A DNA stretch of 36,787 bases from NCBI GenBank assembly GCA_048213135.1, contig PS015042.1:54242-91028 (forward strand), given 5' to 3'. Source of the stretch: Reclinomonas americana ATCC 50394 (lineage: Eukaryota). Positions 20,101 through 31,751 of the stretch are shown in pieces. Numbering within the stretch: the stretch's first letter is position 1; every line of letters starts with the position of its first letter. The position numbers were made by a program, and so were the translations under genes. The notes beneath the pieces were generated by a model. It was given only the letters and a program-made list of their open reading frames with translations, did not search any database and had not been told where the DNA came from.

Positions 20101-23100
20101 GCAGATACTCTCCTTGCTGCAGTCGTTGATTGTGCAAGGCTTCTTGTCTCAGTCGGAGCTGGCGCCGCTGGTCAGCATTCTGTGGGACATTGCCGACGGA
20201 CGCACAGATCGCTACGGAGGTGTGTGCTTCTCTCTTTGCATGTTCACTCAGTGTGTACTCTCTCTGAGCTGGTGATCTCTTCTGGCATTTTGCAGGCACC
20301 GTCGGCAACCTGTCGCTGCGCTTCAGCTCCAACGAGAACAATCACGTTATCATGGAGAGCAAGCTGTTGAGTCTGCGAATCCTGTCGGCAGTGTTGGATG
20401 TGGAGGTCGACCGACGACAGCAGATGCTGCTGGAGTACTTTAAGACCAACGCCACTGTGAATGATCTGGAGGCCTTTTTGCATGTTTCGTTGATGCACAC
20501 TACTTGTGATGGTGTCATGTCATCTCTCGTGTGTTGCTTACTGTCGTCGTAATACGCCAGATGTCTGGATTGAGTGCGCATCCGGACGATGCCGCCGAGG
20601 TGCTCGTCGATCTGCTGCAGTATCCCATGCCCGAACTGAATCTGGAGGCGTGGGTCATGCTGCACAAGTACCACTCGTGCGTAGTGCATCACCGCTCACT
20701 TTTTCGTGGACGTGTGTTTGCGCACACTCACGTGTCTGTCTGTCGCAGCGTGCTCATGGCCACGCTCGCGCACTGTCGGCAGCAGCTGCACATTTTCGTG
20801 TCTCCATCTGTCCTGCAAACGACGTCGACCATCAACATGCTGGTGGACCAGCTGCATATTCTCGCCAGCGACAATCCCACATGGATGGATCACGACGATG
20901 TGATGACGCAAATGGCTGACGTGATTGACAGGCTGTCGATTGGTGCGTGCGAAGGGCAGAGCGGTTGTGGGAAAGATCCCTAACGTCATGCTTTGCATTG
21001 CAGAAATGGAGGCACTGCATGGCGAAGAGCTGCGCTGTGCACAGGCTGCGATTCGCATGCGTGGCGCGCAACTGCTGGTCATTTTGCGCTTTGTGCGCCC
21101 CTTGAGGTCTCGTCGCTCAGTATCCTGCTTTGTATTTTCGCTGTTCTCTCGCTCACTCCCTGCTCAGCGGTCAAGAATTCTTGCCGCTGATCGAGCAGGG
21201 CAATGCCAAGCACAAGCTCCTGGTCACCATCTATCGCTTCCTCGGCAGGGTTTGTACTTGTTAGATTGCATTTGCCATCAGCAGGCGACTATTCCGCTGA
21301 CTTTCTCGATTGATTCTACAGTATGTGGCCGACAATGTGGAGGCTCAGCTGGCCCTGTTTGCACCATTCTTCAACATGTTCTACCAGCATCGAAGGTATG
21401 TCTCCTATTGCACAGGTGCCCCCCGGTCTCCTCGACATTGTACTCACCTTGTGAGTGTCTGACTGACAGCCTGCAAGTGGGCTTTGAGGAGTTCGCCACG
21501 ACCGCGTTCAAGGACAATTATCGCCTCATCACTGAAGTCGTACCGCAATCGCTGCTGAATGACTGCACTGCCGCCATGGCGCATGTGCACGGTCACGGAG
21601 CCTCAGACATGATCCGGCTGCTTCGCATGCTGGTCGCTGCCAGTGGTGTCCCTGTGTACGAGAACCAGCTGACGATTGTTCAGCGCCTGCGCTCGGTCAG
21701 CGATCACTTGATTCTGTTCCGCACGCCGGCGGAGCGCGAACGGCGGTACGATCAGTACCTTGCACTGATGCACGCGCGCAGCTGTGTCTTATCGTGTCGT
21801 GTGAGCAGGCGGCGACTTATGGAGGCCGTGCGACGCGGTGAACCGCCACCAGACCCGAAGGACGAGGGCATTCTGGAATACCATGTGGAGTTGCTGCGTC
21901 TCATTGCCGGATGCGGCACTGGCGTCACGTATGCAGTGCGTCTCAAGATCTCAAGTTGCATGCATGCAGCTCGTGACATGTTTCTGACTGTTCATGCACA
22001 GACGGAGGGACTGTGCCAACAAATGCTTCCGTTTGGTGCGGTGAAAATGAGGACCATCTGCCGGAAAGAGTTGATCGCTCACAAACTTGCCTGCTTGTAG
22101 AGGAGGCCGTGGACATGTTTCTGGAGGACGGCACGCTGCTGTACATTCGCAGCGCGTTGCTCGAGTTCATTGATGAGGTACGCGCTGGTGCACTGTGTTA
22201 TCTTTGTTTTCTTGCAAGCGTCCAACTTGCACATGTAGGTGTACGTGCGCACTGAGTTCCAAGTCCCCAACGCCAACTTCTCGGCACCAATGTGCCGACT
22301 GCTGGAGGTGCTTGGCTCGCACCTTACGAGGTTTGAGGAGCGTCGAGCCCGAGCCCGTACGCTCGCTACGCGAACACCACCACGCTCGCCTATCGGGTAC
22401 TCGGCGCAAGAGACTGCTTCACCCACTGGCATGCACGATGAGTTTCGTGTTCTTTGTTTTCAACCAGCACTGGCAGTCTACCCTCACTGCCCGCTTACGA
22501 TTTTTGCACAACCAAACAGCGAGTACTTGCTGGCCCGACCACCCAGCGCCGACAATGTGGGCGCTGCGGAGGGCAGCAGTGAGGATTCGACTGACACGAG
22601 CGACGTGCTCGGTACCGATACCGAACTGCGGTCGTATGTGTTTGGTCGAGTGGTGCCGCTGCTGGAGCATTTCTTTGAGAAGCCGCGCGTGTCTGGCCGG
22701 CCGCTGCCGTTGCGTGCTGAGAAAAAATGGGGGAATGCATCGATGATTTTTCTCATCCGTGACTGAACAGTCACCAAGTTGTTATTGTGGACATGCTGGC
22801 GACGCATCTGCTGCGACTAAGGAGGTTGGCGAAAAAGAGCAGCGAAATTTGCTGCGTACGGCGAGCCTTGCGGCACTTGGCTACGCGTGGCTGGTCGACA
22901 CTGTCGTTGGACGGCGCCTCGGGGGTACGTCCCCCATCGAGGTTCATTTCTTCACTGTGCGTGATTACTGAGGTGGGCTTCTGCAGGATATTGATGTCGA
23001 AGATGGCGCTTTTGCGAGGGTGGCGAGCAGCACGTCCCTCGATTTCTCTGAGATCGGTCACAAGCCGCAGTCGTCGGAGGAACTGATGCGGGAGCGATGG

Positions 23101-26100
23101 CACTACTTCTTGGACACGATGTTGAGGGAAGCGCTGGTTGCGTGCTCCGTGATTCACGCTCTCTCACGATCTTGTATTCGTAGTGTGGAGGGCCGTGAAG
23201 AGCAATGCGTGACGGATTATGCGCGACTACAGCAGGTGTTTGCGGATCGGAGAGCCTTGAATGCATTGCTAGGTGTCATCAGGTTTGGAATAAGATGCTC
23301 CTTGGTCTCCCTACCTCTCATGCTTCTCAATGTCTTGTCTCGATGCAGTGCGCAGGCCAACCAGGCGGCGCACATGGTGACAGCGCTGGAGCTGCTCAAG
23401 AGGATCGCAGAGTCGGGCGATGAGCAACGGGGAGCACTGCTCGCCCAGGGCGCAGTGGAAATGGTGCTGCGCATGTTGACATCGACGCTGGTGGATGATG
23501 TATTGGTGGCGGTTCTCGATTTCGCCATTGCGCTGCTGGGCGACGGCTATCGGCCGTGCCAGGTCAGAGTGCTTTTCTGTTTGGTAGGAGGCGCTAAGGT
23601 GAAGGACACTCACCTTGCTGATGCACAGGAGCGCTTCTTCCGCGTGTGTGCCGCTACCAATATGTATGAGTTACTGTTTGTGAATCTGCGACATGGTCTC
23701 GACAAGACGGCGCAACAGTTTGCGGAGCGGCGGCAGCTTGAATTGTACCAGGCGCTGTTGCTGGACGATGTGGATGAGGATGAAAGGTGCCGCTTGAGAG
23801 ATAGAAGGGAAGAGAGAGAGAGGGAGAGAGGGAGAGAGGGAGGGAGGGAGGGAGGGAGGGAGGGAGGGAGAGGGAGAGGGAGGGCGAGCGAAAGAGGGAG
23901 AAGAAAAGAGGGAGAGAGAGGGAGAGAGAGACGGAATGGAAGGCAGGCAGACTGACAGACAGACAGACACACACACACACACACAGACACACAGACACAC
24001 AGAGAGGGAGAGAGACACACATGTAGAAGAAAGAACGAAAGAGAGAGAGAGAGAGAGACATACAGACAGACAGACTGACAGAGAGAGATTCAGAGGCCGA
24101 GCCAGCGAGACAGCAAGGATGAAAGTGTGACAGAGACAGGGAGATGGAGTGCTTGTCTATGAATATCCTCAAGTGCCTGACACGCACGGGCGCGCAGTGA
24201 TCGCCTGGATCTGGCGTCGTGGGAGCGCAAGCACAGGTCGTTTGCGCTGCAGATTTTGCGATTCTTGCAGTTGCTCGTGGAGGGTCATTACACCGACATG
24301 CAGAGGTTCTATTCGCATCAGGGCGAGTGGCAAGTCAACGTTGCGCTGGAATGTCGGTTGTGGGGCTGTCGTGGCGAGTTCTGACGAGAGCCACGCAGAC
24401 CTACATGATGGAGATGCTCGGCCAGTTTTTGGCGTCAATTGAGCCATTCCGCGGTGTCGATGCGTACCCTCTCTTTGTGCAGGCACTGGCCACCGCCACC
24501 GAATGTGTACAGGGTTTGTGTGTGTGTGTGTGGCAATTGGGTTGACATCTGCTCACTTTTACTCTTGTTTCCACACCCAGGTCCATGTGCAGCCAATCAG
24601 GTAATGTCATGTGCTTTTGGTTGTCCTTCTTGCTATTCTCACCTTGTGTGCAGGATGGCGCACTTAATTCCGAACTGCCGTACATTATCGACCGTGTGCT
24701 GTGCGATGTGGCGGATTGGGAACACCCGGAGCTCGCGCTTGTGCAGGTTGGACATCAAATTCCATGCATGCACAGGTTGGAGTCATACATTGCTTATGCT
24801 CTGTCCTCAGGTGGAATCCCTCAAGTTTTTGATGGCGTTGCTCGAGGGCGACAATGAGGGCCATGCTGTGCGCCTGGCACAGTCGATTGATCTGGTGGCG
24901 TTGGTGCGTATGCGTGACTCCAAGCGTGTTGTTGATAAAGTGACGACCTGAACGCGAGTGATGCAGTTGCACACTGGATGTCGCATTCACGAGTTGCTTG
25001 ACACCAAGCCGTCGAAGCGCGACAAGATGGAGATGGCGGTGATGGAACGCGATGCACTGCGCCAGCATGCACAGGAACTGCATCAGATTGGCGTGTACAC
25101 GTTTATGTTGCTGGTGAAGTTGAAGGACTTTGTGCCGAGCCTGGTCCAGGGTGCAGAGGTGAGCGAATGGCCTTAATAGGGTCGCATACACGGAATCTCA
25201 CGTTGTATCAATTCACAGTGCACTGTGGCCAGCAGTGGCAAGTTCAACGAGCGTGCTCTACAACTGGCGCTGTTTATGCAAGCGGTGGAGTCTGTAGAAA
25301 TCATCCGAGACGGCGAGCTGTCGAGGGTGCGACAGATTACTTCCACCTCTCATCCCGGCTGGAGTTGCTGATCGTCATTTGCAGGTGTACTTTGAGGTGC
25401 CATCCATCTGCAAGCACCTGTCCAATCGCACCTTCCAGCGCTGGGAGGACACGGTTGACCGCGACACCTCAACTGCCAAGGTGGAGGGCCTGATTAATGA
25501 GATTTCACCGTTTGTGCGAGAGATGCGGCATCGAGTTGCGTCGTCGCGTGGCAGTGTTTCGTGTCGTCTGTTTCTCCTGTCGCTTATGCATTCCGTGCTT
25601 TTGCGCAGCGGCGCATTGAAAGACGCCCGTTCCTCAAGGTGCTGGTGGCTCGTCGAGTCGTGCTGAACCGTGTCTGTTACGGCCTGTGCGTGTTGATCAA
25701 CCTGCTGGTCCTCTTCGGCTATCAAGTGAATCAGTACAATGACGACAGCACGCCAGAGTTGCGTGCTTGGAGGAAGGGGAATTATTGTTGGATGTCGACG
25801 AGGCTCACTTCCTGCCACACTGTGCAGTATCATCGACTACCGTGCGGCGGGTATCGATGTGCTGGTCACGGTGCTGGGGGCGGTGCTGATGCTTGGTGGC
25901 GTGTTGATGCTGCTGGTGTATTTGGTGTACGAGGGCTGTCTGCTGCAGTTGTCGAGGTGGACGCCGCCGTTGGGACCGGTGAGTGATAAAAGGGAAAGGC
26001 AGAGGGAAAGGGGAAGAAGGGGAAGGGGGAAAGGGGGAAAGAGGAGAAGAGAGAAGGGAAAGGGGAGAGGAGAGAAGGGAAAGGGGAGAAGAGAGAAGGG

Positions 26101-28983
26101 AAAGGGGAGGAAGGAAAGGAGGAGCGGAACGAAGCGGGCGAAAAGGAGAGGGAGAGCGCGCCATCTGGCAAAAAGAGAGGAGTGCGGCAGCGCCGGGGTC
26201 AATTTGGAAGTTCGATGAAGGCGCTTGCCATGTGCCTCTCTCGACCGGGTATTAGAGTTGCCGGAAAGGCTATTTGTGTCCATTTCCGATTTGTCACGAC
26301 GACTTGTGGGTCAACTATAGTTTTTTTCGTTGTGGTGGCGGTGATGAGAGAGGAAAGGGGAAAGTGAGAGGACGGGGCAGCGGGAGGGAAAATGAAAAAA
26401 AGGGTGAATATGGGAACGGGGGAGGAGAGAGGAGAGAGAAAAGAAGAAAGGGCGATGAGGAAGATGGAGAGAGGGCAAGGGATAGGGGGAGTACAAGAAA
26501 GTCGGGGGCATAGTGCAAGGGCGTGGGCGGAAAGGAGGAAGGGAAAGAAGAGGGCGAAAGAAAAGAGAAGGGAGAGGAGGGGAAGGGGGAGGGAGAAAAG
26601 GGGAAGGGAGAGGATGGTGCAGTGGGAGGGACAAAGAAGGGTGAATATGAGAACGGGGGAAGGCGAGAAGGGGATAGGGGAAAGTTCGCAAGGGAGAATA
26701 TGGGAAAGGAGAATGGGAGAGAAAAGGGACTGTGGGAGGGGAATGGGAAGGGGGGTCGGGAAAGGAGGTGGTTGATGGCGGCAAGAACCCAAGAAGAAGG
26801 GGAAGAGTTGAATATGATTGTAACTGAGGATCCGTTGATGTCTTGCAGAACACGCTGGAGGATGTTGACCACGACACGAAGTTCTTCATGCGCGTATTCT
26901 ACCTCTACGGAACCGATCCACAGACGTTGTACAGAGTTACGGGTGCTCTTGCGAAAGCATCCCCTGGAGAGTTCCTAATCTTCACGTGATCACGCAGATT
27001 GTTTATTTGGTGTTTGTTGGCCTCGGACTGGGCGTGTCGCCGCTGTTCTACTCGCCATTGCTGTTTGTTGCGTATAGTCGTGTTTGCCAGCTGCGACGCA
27101 TTTGCTGACTTGAAAAGTGAACACAGGAACTGATCAGCATGACGCCGGTGCTGTATCAAGTCATCCGGAGTATCACGCTGAACAAGTACTCGCTTTTGAT
27201 GACTGTTGCGTGGAGAGCAGCGGGCGAGATAAGAGATAATGCACGGCGACTCATTCGTGCTGGTTGTGCAGGGAATTCTGGCGTTCATTTTGTTGTATGT
27301 GTTTGGCATTTTTGCCTTTGGTGAGTGTCGCGCACTCACCGCTCTCAACTTTGTGCGACAGTTGCTCACTCACGTCTCCGCGCATGCAGTGTTTTTCAAT
27401 GACATTTTCATCCCGACGGTGGACATGGACCGCAAGTTGTGCAGCACGCTGTTCGACTGCACCATCACTCTGCTCAATCTCGGGTTCGCTAGTGTTCATC
27501 TCCTTGTCCACCCGGTTGAGGCCACTCACTGTCCGTTGCCATTGACGCAGGTTGCGACGTGGAGCCGACTTTGAGGGCTTTTTGAATCTCAATCTCAACG
27601 CCGGTGTGTGCTGCGGCTGTGATCCTGTCTGAGTGTCGCTCTATTTGTTGACTCTGCACACCACACAGGCTACATTATCTTCCAGCTGCTGTTCTTCATT
27701 GTGCTGGTGGTGCTGCTGCTCAAGTACGTTCTCACTCACAGCAGTGCCCTCGTGTCATTCTGTTTCTCGCTGCTGACTCTTCGCCGGGCAGCTTGATCTT
27801 TGGTCAAATCCTCGACACATTCGGCCAGCTGCGTGCTGCGCGTGACGAGGTGCTACGCGACAAGCTGGGCAAATGTTGCGGCGCTGTGTGCGAGAGAGAA
27901 TGTGGGTTGTGTGTGCTCATCGTGATGGTGGCAGGCTTCATCTGCAATTTGGATCGCGCGGTGCTCGATCGAAAGGGGGCAGGGTTCACGGAGCATGTAA
28001 CGAATGAGCATAGGGTGAGCGAAAGGGGGCGGAAAGGGAAAGGGGTAAAGGGGAAAGGGTGTGAGAGAGGAGAGAAGAGGAGAAGGAATTGAGATGAGAG
28101 AGAGAGAGAGGAGAAGGAAGGCGTTTTGTCAAGGAAGGGTGAAATTTGAATGGTGGGAGAGAAATGGGTTGAACTGGGAAGGGAGACCGGAGCAGGATCG
28201 ACGAGGGGAAGGCTGGAATGAGAGAATGGTGTGAGAGGTAAGAGAGACAAGAGCAGGATCGAGTAGGGGAAGGCTGGAATGAGAGAATGGCGTCAGCGGT
28301 TAGAGAGAGATAGACAGAGAGGAGAAGGGCAGAAGGGGGCGCTCCACCAAGGAGGGGTGAAATTGGACTGGCGGGTGAGAGGAATGGTGGGAGACAGGAA
28401 GTTTGAACTGGGAAGAGAGACAAGAGCAGGATCGACGAGGGGAAGGCTGAAATGAGAGAGCGAAGAGAGGGCCGAAGGAAGACGCTTTATGAAGAAGGGT
28501 GACGTCTGAGTGTGGAAGGGCGATAGTGCGCACGAGATTGATAAAGTGGGGAAGTCTTCGAGCAGCGAGCGCGGGATGTTGGAGAGACAGAGAGAAGAGG
28601 GAATGAGTTGAAGCGAGAAGAGAAAAGGCAGCAGAAAGTGTCATTGGTTTCCTAACCATCGTCGCCTGTGACAGGTGCACTCGTACGTCAACTTTTTGAC
28701 CTGCGTCACGGTGAAGCCGAAGACGGAGATGGACGGCATGGAGTACTATGTGCTGCGCTGTGCGTTGAGCGAGTGTGTACACTCCGCATCCACTTCCTTG
28801 TACTTAACTGTGTCGTGATCAGCGCTCGAGCAAGGCGACTTGTCGTTCATCCCGCAAGGTCGCAGCATCTCGCTGGAGCGACGCACTGTCAAGACCGTCA
28901 GCACACAGGAGCAGGGGGCGCAGTCGTTGCTGACATTGCGACGGCGGCGTGGCAATGCAGCAGCGGCGCAGGATGACGACTGA
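14355..28983 (+). CDS. ITPR: Inositol 1,4,5-trisphosphate receptor family (IP3R/RyR superfamily) intracellular channel, about 60 introns, divergent
   Basis: Suppressor/MIR motifs (FLSFGAQVSL..NGF, DCVFQIVP, VKYGDTLQLRHVRSGKYVTV, IRHCTTGRYL); RIH motifs (NLPAGLRAAVCDFL, YHVELLRLIAGCGTG..TEGLCQQMLP); RIH-associated ILRFLQLLVEGHYTDMQ and TECVQGPCAANQ; SVEIIRDG..VYFEVPSICKHLS; six TM helices; LLNLIFGQILDTFGQLR and C2H2 CFICNLDR..HVTNEH; TGA at 28981-28983. The start codon is tentative. Confidence 0.93.
16170..16450. repeat. Degenerate ~180-bp direct repeat in an IP3R intron
   Basis: TCCTCGCTCTCCGTCCGAG at ~16200 and ~16380, each followed by CAGCTATCTGC. Confidence 0.65.
28120..28500. repeat. Purine-rich degenerate tandem repeats in an IP3R intron
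   Basis: GAGCAGGATCGAnnAGGGGAAGGCTGrAATGAGAGA at ~28190, ~28251 and ~28423. Confidence 0.75.
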
Positions 28984-29660
28984 GCTCGAGGGCGGGGGAG
29001 GGGTGGAGGCGAAATCGGAGGGTAGAGTTCAATAATAATGCACAGAATCGATCGACTTTGGATGGCGATGTGGACTGGTTGCCATTGTTACAAATTCGAA
29101 TGAGTGTTTCCGACTCTCTCCTAGCAGTTCCCGACGTGCTCGAAACACGGAGAGCAACACAGAGAGCTGTCGTCACGACTGGCGACAATCGTTGGACGTG
29201 GTCACCTTTCCAATATCACGTTCGAATTCGCTGCTGGTCACGCGCAGCTCGACGTGTACATTCGGAACCGGTCGCAGCCACTCATTGTAACACATGCCGT
29301 CCCCACACAAGCTCCGCTGCACTTCCACAATCCACTAACCACCAAACGCAGTTACCAACGCCGCACGTGCGCTGGAAACGCAAAACCCCGGCGCAAACTG
29401 CGGCGGGGTCGAGAGTTTTTAGCGCGATCAATTCTCAGACGCACGCACGGAGAGCAAGCGCCACCAACGCATGTTCCACGGCCACGCGTTCGTTCACCAC
29501 ACGCACATGTCAGTCACACAAACAAGCGAGAGAGAGACTTGCGACCACTGACTGTGGAATTTTCTCTTGTCTGCGGCACAGGCATCATGACGAGGACATT
29601 GTCAGTGCGTTGGATCGACTCATTCCCTCCTCCTCCTCCGCTGCGTCTGCGAGAAGGCCT

Positions 29661-29879
29661 ATGTCTGCGCGAGCGGGGTCGTCTGCGGGCTCCTCTGCAG
29701 CTGCGGCAGTCATGTCGGAGGCGTGCAAGTTTCTTGATCCGGAGCTCGTCGATGAGGTCAAGAAGAAGTATACGAATTTCGAGACCAAGTACACGAATAA
29801 GGGCAGCATTGGGCAGGGGTGAGTGTGGGGAGAGGGAGGGAGGGAGAAGGGTGAGGGAGNNNNNNNNNNNNNNNNNNNN

Positions 29880-29958
<79 letters not shown>

Positions 29959-31717
29959 ATCATCACATCTGACAGCATCATGCATTCAAACACGAACTCG
30001 ACCTGCCTCTCTCTCTCACGCACACACACACACCACGCAGTCTCTCTCTCTCTCTCTCTGTGCATCATCACATCCAGCGTGCATTTCGCACTATCCTCTT
30101 TGCCCTCTCTTTCTCATGTTCTCTCTTTCTTCTTCTTCTTCTCTCCTCTCTCTCTCCTCTCTCCTCTAGAGAGTGCGAGAGAGAGAGAGGGGAGAGCGCG
30201 AGGAGAGAAGAAGGATAAGTGGGGGTAAAGACGACAGCGAGACAGTGTGCTGAGACAGAGAGAGAAAGAGAAGAGATCTCGCGCGCGCGCGCTCTCTACT
30301 CTCTTACCTCTCTCTCTCTATGCAGCATCGCATCTGGCAGGGTTGCTTTCAAATACTCTCTTCTTCGTCTTCTTCTTCTCCTCCTTCGTCATCTCCTACT
30401 TTTTCTTCTTCTTCTTCTTGTCTCTCTCTCTCTCTCTTGCTCTCCCCTCATTCACCCGTTACTTTCTTCTCGCGTGCAGCACGTATGGCGACGTGTACAA
30501 GGGCTCTGAGAAGTCGACCAANNNNNNNNNNNNNNNNNNNNCAAGGCCGTGGCTGTGAAGATGGGAAAGCGAGGCGGTGGCGGTGGGGCGGCTGATACAG
30601 AGGGCATTCCATTGTCGGTGTGCCGAGAGGTGTCGGTAAGTGTTCATTGGCGTGTTTTTCTCTCTGGGTTGAGAAGTGTTGTTGACCGACGACACGAAGC
30701 CTTTCTTGTCGTCAGCGTGTTGATGGCCTCCTTCTTCCCTCTCGCTCTCAATTTGTGATTTGAAGCGAGACATTCATGGCTCTTTCCGCGTGCAGCATGT
30801 GTCCTCCTCTCTCTCCGTCTCTTTTGACTGATCTGAGCAACGACAAGAAGTGGCTTGCGCAGTTGGTTCACCTTCTTTTCATCGTTGTCTGCTTGTGGAT
30901 GGCCTCCTCGTTCCCTCTTTGTGTCGGCACATGCAACCGTTGCGCTTTTGTTCTCTTCCTCTCGCCCTCTCTATTGACTGAGCTGAGCAACGGCAAGAAG
31001 CAGGCAGTGCGTTGATAGATTGTTCCTTTCCTCTCGCTCCCTCTGCGTATCGAATCTTCCGAGCCGCCTTTTCCTCTTCTCTCTCATTTTGACTGGGCTG
31101 NNNNNNNNNNNNNNNNNNNNNNNNNNNNNNNNNNNNNNNNNNNNNNNNNNNNNNNNNNNNNNNNNNNNNNNNNNNNNNNNNNNNNNNNNNNNNNNNNNNN
31201 NNNNNNNNNNNNNNNNNNNNNNNNNNNNNNNNNNNNNNNNNNNNNNNNNNNNNNNNNNNNNNNNNNNNNNNNNNNNNNNNNNNNNNNNNNNNNNNNNNNN
31301 NNNNNNNNNNNNNNNNNNNNNNNNNNNNNNNNNNNNNNNNNNNNNNNNNNNNNNNNNNNNNNNNNNNNNNNNNNNNNNNNNNNNNNNNNNNNNNNNNNNN
31401 NNNNNNAGCAACGGCAACAAGCAGGCAGCACGTTGATAGATTCTCCCTTCCCTCTCGCTCCTTCTGTGTGTCAAATGAGTGCAAGTGTGCATCTTCCTGA
31501 ACTCTTCCTGTCTCTTTCTCTCACCGCCCTCTCACTCCTTCTCCCCCGTCGCAGCTCCTCCGCGAACTCAGCCACCCCAACGTCATCAGCATCGACGAGG
31601 TGGTGCTGAAGCCCGAGAAAGACAATCCTGTGTGGGTCGTGTTCGAGTTCGCCAGCCACGTGCTGGATGTTGCGTGGGAGGAATCCGAGATTGTCGCACC
31701 TCGCTCTCCCTCCCTCA

Positions 31718-31751
<34 letters not shown>

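Noticed and set aside
21093-21167. Apparent non-canonical intron in IP3R: the GTGCG donor at 21093 is out of phase with the AG at 21167
   Set aside because: A GT at 21107 gives a canonical 61-nt GT-AG intron that keeps the frame (FVRPLS-GQEF). I found no intron needing non-GT-AG ends.
14355-28983. Ryanodine receptor identity, or pseudogene status, for the channel gene
   Set aside because: No SPRY or RyR-repeat region is evident and the motifs are IP3R-like. The in-frame stops I checked all fall in GT-AG introns; the frame could not be verified across the N gap at 18838-19009.
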